Positions 1 to 9,910 of a DNA stretch of 64,000 nt are shown in pieces; position 1 is the first letter of the stretch; the number at the start of each line of letters is the position of its first letter. This DNA is from Lama glama. Taxonomy: Eukaryota. The notes beneath the pieces were generated by a model. That model worked only from the letters and a program-made list of their open reading frames with translations. It made no database searches and was not told the DNA's origin. The stretch spans positions 3,846,001 through 3,910,000 of the forward strand of contig CM052816.1 of the NCBI GenBank assembly GCA_028534125.1. The letters are read 5' to 3'. Position numbers and translations under genes: made by a program.

Positions 1-477
1 CAGGATGGAGGCTTTCCTGAGAAAATTGGATTTCATTATGGCTGGCTTTAGTCAAAAGTGAAAACTTCTGTTTCAACCAGTTGTTTGTCATATTAAAGTT
101 TACTCTCATTTAACAGTAATAGAAAGCTCTTTTTATTTTCGTTCTTCCAGAACTTCTGGTAATGCTATCCCTTACACAGACTCCTATGAGGACACGATGT
201 TCATTTTGGCATTTGTTGCGTTAAGTAGGACAGAAAGACGAGATCCATCAAATTGTCAAACTATATGTAACTTTTACTATTAAAAATACAGTACGTTTTT
301 GAGAACACAATGCACATCTTATGCCATGTATGACATTTTCATAGGCTTCTTAGAACTGACATTATGAAGGGGAAGAGTTGTCATAAGGAATGTATAATCT
401 GGACACTGGCAAAACTTCACATTGAAAGGTTCCTGGAGATTTAGTAACAATCTAGCAAGAAAAGCCCCTGTTTTGGT

Positions 478-858
478 GAGTCCTTCCCAAAGTATGCTTT
501 GGAAACATCTTCTCTATGAGATAGATGCCCTGGAAAAATAAAATCCCTATCTCTACCTACCTACCAACCTACCATTTACTCTCCTACCTATCTCTCTGTG
601 TATGTGTGTAGATATCCAAGCACATTTAATTAATTTTTTTTCTATCTGTGACCAAATCTTGGGAAATGCCATATAGTCTATTAAACTCCTAGAGAATAAC
701 AAGATTATAGTTCAAGGTTCTGAGAAGGCTGTAGTCAAAATGTAATCTGTTTAATTTTATTTATCTCAGCATCTTGGAAAACATTTCTATTTGGCAAGGG
801 AACTCCTTTTCATGAGACATCTTTTAACATCCTATGGAACACACTGCAGGAAATGCTA
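478..858. mobile_element. hAT-Charlie non-autonomous DNA transposon remnant (MER112/MER113-like)
   Basis: Begins TTCCCAAAGTATGCTTTGGAAACA, contains GGTTCTGAGAAGGCTGTAGT...CTGTTTAATTTTATTTATCTCAGCAT and ends TTAACATCCTATGGAACACACTGCAGGAAATGCT, resembling the recalled MER112/113 consensus. Confidence 0.55.
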
Positions 859-1129
859 TCGTGACTTATCTCTTACTTTGGAAATCTGGGGTTGTGGTGT
901 CCTCAACTGGGCAATCTCTTAGCTCAATCATTTCAAGCTATGGAATGAACAGGCTCATATATAATAAGCCCCAGAATAGCCATTCATTCATTCATTTATT
1001 CACTCATTCACTCCTTCAACAACATTGTCACCACACACCCTGTTGAGACCGTCTACACCATTTCTTTCTGATCTCTCTGTCTATGACATGCGTAATTGAG
1101 ACTGTACCCCTTAAACTTCCCCACTCTTC

Positions 1130-1380
1130 AGGGTCCTGGTCAAATCCTATTTCTTCTGTGAATTCTATTGCAATGCCTATGATCAAGTGGATCTCTCCCT
1201 TCTTTGAACTCCCAAAGCATTTTGCACATCCACAGTTATGATAATAATGTCAGAATCTTTTAATATGTCTAGGTCTTGATTTGATGCCTAAATTTTTTAA
1301 GCTCTTAAAAGGCAGGGACTATATCTCATATATTTCAGACTCATTTCCCATAATGTGGTCTTCGTCCAATAAATCACTGT
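1130..1380 (+). mobile_element. L2 LINE 3' fragment
   Basis: CTCTCCCTTCTTTGAACTCCCAAAGCATTT...AAGCTCTTAAAAGGCAGGGACTATATCTCATAT resembles the L2 3' region. An opposite-strand (CATT)n L2-type tail lies at about 981-1025. Confidence 0.55.
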
Positions 1381-1758
1381 TCACTTGACATATGCAGCAA
1401 CGCTGTAGTCTCTGGCCTTATAAATCACATCACCCTGGACTGCCTGCCTTTGAGAGCAGTTGTCCCCTCCTTGAAATGCAACAATCGATACCGCATTTCC
1501 CAGTCTATATTTATAAACAAGGGAATTAACTGCCTTCCATCATTGTTCGAATTGACCTTCAGCTTAGGTTTGAAAGGAAAGACCCCAATCAAACAAGAGG
1601 CTTTATTGATGGTATCAATCCGTTAGTGGTGCCTTTGGTTTCATTATAGTGGTGACATATGCAATAAAGAGAGACATTTCAGTAGTCTGGGTTGGCGGCG
1701 GAAGGTTCAGCGTCTCTGAAAAAGCTTTCCCTATAAATGAGCAGGGCAACTTTGAGGC

Positions 1759-2258
1759 NNNNNNNNNNNNNNNNNNNNNNNNNNNNNNNNNNNNNNNNNN
1801 NNNNNNNNNNNNNNNNNNNNNNNNNNNNNNNNNNNNNNNNNNNNNNNNNNNNNNNNNNNNNNNNNNNNNNNNNNNNNNNNNNNNNNNNNNNNNNNNNNNN
1901 NNNNNNNNNNNNNNNNNNNNNNNNNNNNNNNNNNNNNNNNNNNNNNNNNNNNNNNNNNNNNNNNNNNNNNNNNNNNNNNNNNNNNNNNNNNNNNNNNNNN
2001 NNNNNNNNNNNNNNNNNNNNNNNNNNNNNNNNNNNNNNNNNNNNNNNNNNNNNNNNNNNNNNNNNNNNNNNNNNNNNNNNNNNNNNNNNNNNNNNNNNNN
2101 NNNNNNNNNNNNNNNNNNNNNNNNNNNNNNNNNNNNNNNNNNNNNNNNNNNNNNNNNNNNNNNNNNNNNNNNNNNNNNNNNNNNNNNNNNNNNNNNNNNN
2201 NNNNNNNNNNNNNNNNNNNNNNNNNNNNNNNNNNNNNNNNNNNNNNNNNNNNNNNNNN
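1759..2258. other. Assembly gap (500 N)
   Basis: Run of exactly 500 N. Confidence 1.
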
Positions 2259-3582
2259 ACAAGATTAATGTTCAAAAATCAGTTGCATTTCTTTACACTA
2301 ATGATGAATCAACAGGAAAAGAAAGTAAAGAAACAATCCCCTTTAAAATAGCACCCAAAGTAATAAATACCTAGGAATAAATCTAACCAAGGAGGTGAAA
2401 GACTTATACACAGAACTATGAAACATTGATTAAGGAAATTAAAGAAGACTTTAAAAAATGGAAAGATATCCCGTGCTCCTGGATTGGAAGAATCAATATT
2501 GTTAAAATGGTCACACTGCCCAAGGCAATCTACAGATTTAATGCAATCCCTATCAAATTACCCAGAACATATTTCACAGAACTAGAATAAATCATCGTAA
2601 AATTTACATGGAATCTCAAAAGACCTAGAATTGCCAAAGCATTACTGAAGAAAAAGAAAGAGGCTGGAGGAATAACTCTCCCAGACTTCAGTCAATACTA
2701 GAGAGCTACAGTCATAAAAACAGCATGATATTGGTACAAAAACAGACATATGGACCAATGGAACAGAATAGAGAGCCCAGAAATGAACCCACAAACTTTT
2801 GGTCAACTCATCTTTGACAAAGGAGGCAAGAATACACAATGGAATAAAGACAATCTCTTCAGCAAATGGTGTTGGGAAAACTGGACAGCTACATGTAAAT
2901 CAATGAAGCTAGAACACTCCCTTACACTATACACAAAAATAAAGTCAAAATGGATCAAAGACTTAAACATAAGACAAGATACAATAAACCTCCTAGAAGA
3001 AAACATAAGCAAAACATTATCTGACAGACATCTCAAAAATGTTTCCTAGGGCAGTCTACCCAAGCAATAGAAATAAAAGCAAGAATAAACAAATGGGACC
3101 TAATTAAACTTACAAGCTTCTGCACAGCAAAGGAAACCACAAGCAAAACAAAACAACAACCTACGGAATGGGAGAACATTTTTGCCAAAGATGAAACTGA
3201 CAAAGGCTTGATCTCCAGAATATATACGCAGCTCATATGACTTAGTAAGAAAAAAAAACAAAACAACCCAATCCAAAAATGGGCAGAAGACCTAAACAAG
3301 CAACTCTCTAAGGAAGACATACAAATGATCAAAAGGCACATGAAAAAATGCTCAATATCGCTAACTATCAGAGGAATGCAAATCAAAACTACAATGAAGT
3401 ATCACCACACACCAGCCAGAATGGCCATCATTCAAAAGTCTACAAATGACAATTGCTGGAGATGCTGTGGAGAAAAGGGAACCCTCCCACACTGCTGGTG
3501 GGAATGCAGTTTGGTGCAGCCACTGTGGAAAACAGTATGGAGATTCCTCAGAAGACTAGGAATAGACTTACCATATGACCCA
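2259..3582 (+). mobile_element. L1 (LINE-1) ORF2 3' portion, frameshifted and non-functional; lacks its 3' UTR
   Basis: Translations [88 protein letters not shown] are L1 ORF2 post-RT and C-terminal motifs, split over several frames. Confidence 0.97.
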
Positions 3583-3668
3583 TTTTTAAATAAATGTGTC
3601 AAATATTTACTGTTTTGTTCTTTTCATTGAAATGGTTTCTTACTTAGTTTTTTTAAGTTGTAAAAGGT

Positions 3669-3812
3669 GGGGAGGGTATAGCTTAAATGGTAGAGCGCAT
3701 GCTTAGCCTGCATGAAGTCCTGGGTTCAATCCGCAGTACCTCCTCTAAAAATAAATAAATAAGTAAACCTAATTACTCCCCCCCCCAAGTAAAATAAAAT
3801 AAAATAAAATAG
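3669..3812 (+). mobile_element. tRNA-derived SINE, camelid vic-1-like
   Basis: GGGGAGGGTATAGCTTAAATGGTAGAGCGCATGCTTAGC...GTCCTGGGTTCAATCCGCAGTACCTCC (A and B boxes), then AAATAAATAA..ACCTAATTACTCCCCCC and a (TAAAA)n tail. Confidence 0.9.
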
Positions 3813-4356
3813 TAAAAGAAATTAAAATTCCTGTGAATAACTGCTACATGTTTAATCATTAAATGTCATATATGCCAGAAATGATTTTAGGGACCAACGG
3901 TACAGCAATAGTGACTAACTTGAAGAAACAAAGCAGGTCAAAAAAGGTGGCTATTTTCATAACTACTTGTACAAATAAAGGAAAATAAGGTGTGCACACT
4001 GATATCTTGACTATTTAGAATAAATACTGCTTCTGAACAGAATAAAATAGTTAAACACAGACTTGTCACACGTGGGAAAGCAAACAAGAAAGTTAGCAGA
4101 ACAAATGTGCTCTCGGTCTGCGTTCCAGTAAAAATGCAGATCACTGAGCAACGCCAAAACCCAGAAACTGAAAATGTTTCCTCCGGCAGGGGCTTCAATC
4201 AAGACACGTTCGCTGAGACCAAATTACTTTTGGATTAATGTAGTTTTTTATTATAATATATAAAATACAATTTTGTCTATATTCTAACCAACAAAGCAAA
4301 CATAATTACTAAATGTGTTCCAAATCAAAATTTGAATGAATGAATGAAACTAGCCA

Positions 4357-5524
4357 TGTGTATTCATTTCTCAGGGCTGTCTTAACAAAGGAAGGCAAAC
4401 TGGGTGCCTAAAAACAGCAGAAATGTATCATCTCCACATCGTGAGGGGTCTAGAAGTCCAAGGTCAAGGGGTCAGCAGGACCATGCTCCCTGTGAAACCT
4501 CCGTGAGGGGGTGGGGGCTTTTCCTTGACTCTGAGCTTCCTGGGACCCCCAGAGTTCTCTTCTGCTTAACAGTTCATTCCTCAATTTATTCCCCTTTTGC
4601 ATTTCACTATGTGCAGCAAAGAGGGACCATGCTGCGCCTTTCAACTTTGCATGGAAATCTCATCACCTAAGTATCCAAGTTCATCGCCTGTACGTTCTAC
4701 TCTCAACAGCAGAGCCTAATTCCCAGAAGTTTTCTGCTACTTTATAATAAGGATCGTCCTTCATCCAGGGCTCAGTAACTGGTCTCTCACTTCTGAGACC
4801 TCACCGGAAGCACCTTCGACGTTCACATTCCCAGCGACGCTCTGCGCTTGACTATCGCTGTCTTGGGCATCCCCTAGAGAAGAGGGGCTTTCTCTGCAGC
4901 CCTCCCCTCTCCTTTCTGAGCCCTCACCAGTATCGCCTTTAACATCTATATTTCTATGAATAAATTCTTCAAGTCAGTCTAGGCTTCTTCCACCAAGTGT
5001 CTCAAAGCTCTTCCAGCCTCTGCTTGTGACCTAATTTCAAAGCCACTTTTGCAGTTTTAGGTATCTGTTGCTCCACTTCCTGGGACCAAATCTGCATGCA
5101 TTTCAAAGGGCTGCCATAGCAAAGTCATAAGAAGTGGGTGGCTAAAATGACAGAGATTTATTTGCATGGTTCGGGAGACTAGAAGTCCAAAATCAAAGTG
5201 TCACCTGAACCGTGCTCCCTTTGAAACTCTCAGCAGATGTCTTCCACATTTCTGGTAACGGGCCTCCATCCTGGGTGCTCCCGGGCCTGCAGATGCAATA
5301 CTGATCTCTACTCCAGCAGTCACATGGCGTTCTCCTCTGTCTTCACACAGAGATTTTCTCTTCTCATAAGGACACCAGTCCTATTGGATCAGGGCCCACC
5401 CTGATGACATCATCTGAACTCCATTACATTTGCAAAGACCCTATTTCATATGAGGTCACATTCACAGGTACCAGAGGTTAGGATTTCAGCATATCCCTTC
5501 GGGGGGCACAATTCAACTCATAAC
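4357..5524 (-). mobile_element. MaLR MLT1 (B/C-like) element: partial LTR (about 4357-4560), internal segment (about 4560-5091) and full LTR (about 5092-5524)
   Basis: Two copies of the MLT1 LTR end (GGGCTG..AACAAA..GGGTG(G/C)CTAAAA..CTAGAAGTCCAA..TCAA..TGCTCCCT). The MaLR-int terminus CCACTTCCTGGGACCAAATC abuts the second LTR, which ends GGGGGGCACAATTCAACTCATAAC. Confidence 0.85.
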
Positions 5525-5929
5525 TGTAAGTGTGCCAAGTATCAATTAGCTGTCTCTCAACTCCAAATTCACCCTTTAATACGTGCTTTTTAATACTGGC
5601 CAGGCTTTCTCTAAGCAGGCCTCCTTTACAGAAAAGGTAATGTTGAGTCTCCCTGCAGGAACACTGCAGGAGGAAGGCCATTTGTTCTTTTTGCCAGCTG
5701 CTCAGTGGATCGGCACTGTGGGTGTGCGGATTTACAGTGAAGCTCTGACCCAGCCACATACCCAGAGTGCCTTGTCTCCTGGCCTCAGGGCAGCCTCCGC
5801 CTGGCTTGACAACAATAACCTATTAGCAGCTTTCTTGACAGGGACACCGTATGTTCCAGGACCCTGCCCTCCCAGAGCCCGGATTATCGCTACAGGCCCC
5901 CACTCAGCTTTCCTGGAGTCAGGAAGGTC

Positions 5930-6882
5930 CCCACTAGCACCACTGGGCCATCACTCCCTCTGCAGGTCCATGCATGGCTTACCTGGACCCTAAGACCTCC
6001 TCCACCTGCACACTCACACCACCAGCTGTTGATCAGCTGTAATCTCTGCACTTCAGAAGGCTCTGTGCCACCTGACCAGTGACTGCAGACCAGCACTGAT
6101 TCAAATCAACAAGCAAACCTCGATACTATCCAGTGGGCTGAACTATATCTTCTCCAATAAAGTCTGAACCTGAACCCTGGGGAGAGGGCCCCTTTCTAAT
6201 AGGGAAGAAACCCAACTTCCGTATTAGATCTCTTTCTTTAGCTCTAACCTTGTGCTATGTTTTCTGTGCTTGGTCATGCTGGTTCTGCACCTTTTCTAAA
6301 AGAATGTTGTCTAGAGCCTCAAATATACAGGAGAGTCCATTCTCAAGGCTCTGATTTTGAGATATAACACTTTCTCGTATTCATATAGAGAGAAAATGTT
6401 TCAGAACAGAGAATAACATTTGTCCTGTTGGAGGTTTACAGGAACATCATGACCTGACCTACAGGGACAGCTGCAGAACAAAGGATTCCGACACCAAGAA
6501 GTTTGCAACAACCAACCACACTCCTTCCCTTTTTCAGTATAAAAGAAGCTTGATTTTGACTTGGGGAAGATGGTTCTCCAGGACATTAGTCTGGCATCTT
6601 CTCAGTTGGCTGGCTTTCCCAATAAGCCACTATTTGATGCCCCAACATCTCATCTCTCAATTAATTGGCCTGCCATGCAGCGAGCAGAACGAGTTTGGAC
6701 TTGGTAACACCTTCCAAGTTTGACCTTCTTTGGGTGAACTCCCTCAGCCCAAGAGCAGCATACAGAATTTCCCTATGTCTTACAGTTATTCTTTCATCAG
6801 ATTTTAATAACTCTTCACATTAAACTTCCCCTCTTTAACTTCCTGTGTGGCCTCTGTCTCACTACTGGATACACACTGATGC
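5930..6882 (+). mobile_element. Old ERVL-type LTR remnant (LTR33/40/41-like), interrupted by the ERV1 LTR at 6195-6709
   Basis: 3' end ATTAAACTTCCCCT...GTGTGGCCTCTGTCTCACTACTGGATACACACTGATGCA resembles ERVL LTR termini. The left boundary is uncertain. Confidence 0.45.
6195..6709 (+). mobile_element. ERV1-class solo LTR (copy A)
   Basis: Runs TCTAATAGGG...GGTAACA with a TATA-like GTATAAAAG at about 6537 and a 4-bp TSD CCTT (6191-6194 and 6710-6713). Homologous along its length to 9122-9700. Confidence 0.85.
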
Positions 6883-7024
6883 AAAAAGCATTTATACAAA
6901 CTTTTTCTATGTCTACTAGACTGGCAACACAATGGGCCTAAAGGATAGAATAGCAGAGTCTTAGAGTTGGGAAGCAAAGCAGAAGATCCTGAGTGCAGTC
7001 CATCTCAATGTAACACATCCTTTT

Positions 7025-7731
7025 TCTTTTTTCACCATGCTATTGAGGTATGATTCATATACCGTCAACTGCATCTTTTTAAAAGCATGCAATGCAATGA
7101 GTTCTGACAGCTATCTACACCAGTGAAAAATATCACCACAAATTACGGAACATTTCCATCCCTAACAACCTCTCCATTACCCTTTACAATCCATCCCCTG
7201 CCACCACCCTCAGCCCCAGGCAGCCACTGACCAGCTTTCTGTCACTGTAAATTAGTTTTTATTTTCTGGAATTTTGTGCAAATGAAATCTTGCATCATGT
7301 ATCCTCTCGTGTCTGGCTTCTTTCACACAAGTATAACAATTGAGACATTCATCTATGTTGCTGGATATATCAGCAGTGCATTCCTTTTTATTGCTGAGCA
7401 GTGCCATTGTATGGACGTACCACAGTTTGTTTATCCCTGGGTTTCTCACCCTTGGCACTACAGCCATTTGGGACAGATAATTATTGTTATACTTTGTATC
7501 ATAGGGAGTTTAGCAGTAGCCTCAGCCTCAAACCAATGGATGCCAACAGCCATCCCTTTTCCCATTATGACAAAAAAAGTGTCTCCAGACATTGCTGAAT
7601 ATTCCCCTTGAGAGCAAAACCACCCCCGGCTGAGAACCACTGGTTTATCCACCAACCTATTGAGAGACATTTAGGTTCCTTCCAGTTTTCACTGACCGTG
7701 AAGAAAGCCACTGTGAACGTTCACGGACAAG
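7025..7731 (-). mobile_element. Old L1 (L1MD/L1ME-like) 3' end, interrupted by MER20
   Basis: T-rich tail then TATTGAGGTATGATTCATATAC..CCCCAGGCAGCCACTGA..GTGTCTGGCTTCTTTCAC..TTATTGCTGAG. 16-bp TSD TGTAACAC(A/T)TCCTTTT at 7009-7024 and 7732-7747. Confidence 0.85.
7437..7642 (-). mobile_element. MER20 (hAT-Charlie) DNA transposon
   Basis: Termini CTGGGTTTCTCA...TGAGAACCACTG, internal GTGTCTCCAGACATTGC, and a perfect 8-bp TSD GTTTATCC (7429-7436 and 7643-7650). Confidence 0.9.
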
Positions 7732-8159
7732 TGTAACACTTCCTTTTATAGCATCCGTGATATACAACTTCCATTCTCTAATGGAACACTGATTGTTGAG
7801 TGCTCGCTTCTATATAAATTAACTGGTTCCGTAACTAGATGCTATAACTTGTTCCCATCATGTTCTCCACATAAAGGGGGAATCCATCAATCCATTTGGT
7901 ACTAGAGGAATCCATGGACGATCGTGTGTCCTTTCCTTTGTGAAAGTGCTTCAAATGTTATGCTATCTTATTTCTCCTCTGGTTTTTGTTACTGTTGTTT
8001 TTTATTTTTACATCAGGGTAAAAAGATTCAGTTTCTTCAGCTTTCCTTCATATACCACAGTTTCTAAAAGGATGTTATTCTGTTTGCCTTCTCCAGGACA
8101 CACATCAATTTGGCAATGATAGTTTTAGAATGCAGTATTTAAAAATATTCAAAAGCTCC

Positions 8160-8224
8160 TTGAACTATTATGCTGCACACCAGAAACTGACACCTTGTAA
8201 ATTGACTATACTTCAATAAAAAAG
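8160..8224 (+). mobile_element. Extremely 5'-truncated lineage-specific L1 (about 65 bp of 3' UTR)
   Basis: TATGCTGCACACCAGAAACTGACACCTTGTAAATTGACTATACTTCAATAAAAAA matches the 3' tip of the L1 at 62275-62588. TSD core TTCAAAAGCT at 8148-8157 and 8225-8234. Confidence 0.8.
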
Positions 8225-9121
8225 TTCAAAAGCTTCAAATGCTATCCGATAGTATAAATAAAACTTGAGCATTCTTAGTCATTAAGTAAAACTATAACAC
8301 ACAATGTAGCTTAGGATTTAGTGGGCACATAGTGACTTGTGGTTGTCATTCTGTCTCCAAACTCATTCACGTACATTACTACTAACTCATCTCTTTTATA
8401 CCTTTCTCGTCCATCTTTTCAGAGATGGCACAGATAAACTATCTCATACTGCTGTGTTGTCTTTTACCTTGTTGATGTGAACCATCATTTCAATGTCATT
8501 TCATGAAACCACTGTAGAGTTCATTTGAATCTTGTGTCATTCAGTACAGTATCTTAGCTTTGTGGAATCTAGAAATCTATTTAGAAGAACTTCTAACTCT
8601 TCTTCTAAACTTTATAACAAATGTGGAAGATGAAGAGCCAAGGGTCCTATTGGCTTTCATTGATTTGGCCCACATTCATTAAATGTCTTCTAAAATCCCT
8701 GGGCCATAGAAAGGAGAAGCTGTTAACAGGATCATCTAGGACGTATCATAAAATATTTGGCTTCTGAAGAATTAGGGAGATTTCTTTCCATGTATAACCC
8801 AAGAGGGAACTTTGTTTCTTCTTGCCAAAAAGCTAGTGACCTAAAGCTAGTGAGCCTGTTCACTGTGGTAGCGCAATCTGATTGGTAGAAGGCAGGCAGA
8901 GAATGTGGGCAGAGGGAGAAATTCCTTAACAAGGCGCATTCCCAGGTAGCATCTGAACACAGTATCCACTAAACATACTTGTACATACTCTACCGGGACC
9001 TCCCTTTTGGTTAATATCCATATATTAATCAAGGCCCTTCAGATACAACTACTCAGTCAGTGTTGAACTCCACTAATTGTCCTGCCATCCACATCATATT
9101 TCTCCATCTTGTCCACAAGTA

Positions 9122-9700
9122 TGTAACAATATAATAGAAAAAAAAATCTGACTCCATATTAGATCTGTTCCTTTTGCTTTAACCCTGTGCCCCATTTCCT
9201 AGGCTTAGTCTTGCTGGCTCTGCATCTTTTGTGAAAGAATGCTGCCTGTAGCCTGAAATATATAGGAGAGCCTATTCTCAAGGCTCTGACCTTTAAGGAT
9301 ATTAATACTTTTGCACTATATAAAGGTAAGTTGCAGAATAGAAAATAACATTTGTTTTGTTGGTGGTTTTACAGGGGCACCATGACCTGACCCACTTGGA
9401 CAGCTACACGAACAAAGAATTCCTACACCAAGACCTACCTGGACAACTGCAAGAACAAAGGATTCCAAGAAGAATTCCTACACCAAGAAGTTTGCAACAA
9501 CCAAGCATATCCCTTCCCCTTTTTAATATAAAAAGAGCCTGAATTCTGATTTGGTGAAGATGGTTCTCTGGGACATTAGTCTGCCATCTTCTCAATCTGC
9601 CGGCTTTCCAAATACAGTGGCTATTCCTTGCCCCAACACCTGGTCTCCTCATTTACTGGCCTGTTGTGCAGTAAGCAGAACGAGTTTGGACTCGGTAACA
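9122..9700 (+). mobile_element. ERV1-class solo LTR (copy B), same family as 6195-6709
   Basis: TGTAACA...CTCGGTAACA termini, TATAAAAAG at about 9527, flanks AGTA/GTAA (imperfect TSD). Inserted between adjacent CR1 RT segments. Confidence 0.88.
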
Positions 9701-9849
9701 GTAAGAGGTTTTGTCAAATGCCTCACTGAACCTAGACCCAAAACATCAATGGCATTAAACTGATCAACTCATCAAACCTATCAATTTTTAGCTGAAAAAG
9801 GTAATTGGAAAACAGTATGGTCACATACATAGGTATGTACACACATAAA

Positions 9850-9910
9850 GAGAAGGGGAGGAAAGGAAGGGATGGAGGGAGGGAAGGGAGGCAAAAAGGA
9901 AAGGAGAAAG
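9850..9910. repeat. Purine-rich (GGAA/GGGA)n low-complexity tract
   Basis: GAGAAGGGGAGGAAAGGAAGGGATGGAGGGAGGGAAGGGAGG. Confidence 0.75.

Larger units (their letters stand above)
6943..9810 (-). mobile_element. L3/CR1 LINE remnant (about 1.5 kb of ORF2/3' end) interrupted by younger insertions
   Basis: Minus-strand translation gives IDVLGL/FSEAFDK (about 9708-9750; compare CR1 VDVxYLDFSKAFD) and LVDKMEKYDVDGRTISGVQH*L...RALIN (about 9024-9119; compare CR1 LVDKMEKxGLD..VRWIHNWL..QRVLIN). A decayed HLE..H.K..I.KL motif lies near 8085-8250, and the 3' end ATAGAATAGCAGAGTCTTAGAGTTGGGAAG is at about 6945. Confidence 0.85.

Noticed and set aside
1725..1745. TATA-like CCTATAAATG as a promoter
   Set aside because: It is an isolated motif with no CpG island or visible downstream gene, and it sits next to a gap.
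1615..2374. Long ORFs (198-241 aa) in the ORF track spanning the first gap; likewise 20931-21539
   Set aside because: They are artefacts of N runs lacking stop codons. The only real peptide is the L1 ORF2 piece after 2259.
2642..3630. ORFs of 65-117 aa as candidate host genes
   Set aside because: The plus-strand ORFs are frameshifted L1 ORF2 fragments and the minus-strand ORFs are antisense L1 reading frames.
3669..3745. tRNA gene
   Set aside because: It has A/B boxes but continues into a SINE body and A-rich tail, and recurs as diverged copies, so it is a tRNA-derived SINE.
6195..9700. Intact or deleted provirus bounded by two LTRs
   Set aside because: Each LTR has separate flanking duplications, there is no gag/pol/env or PBS, and the interior is older L3/L1/MER20 sequence that continues past the second LTR.
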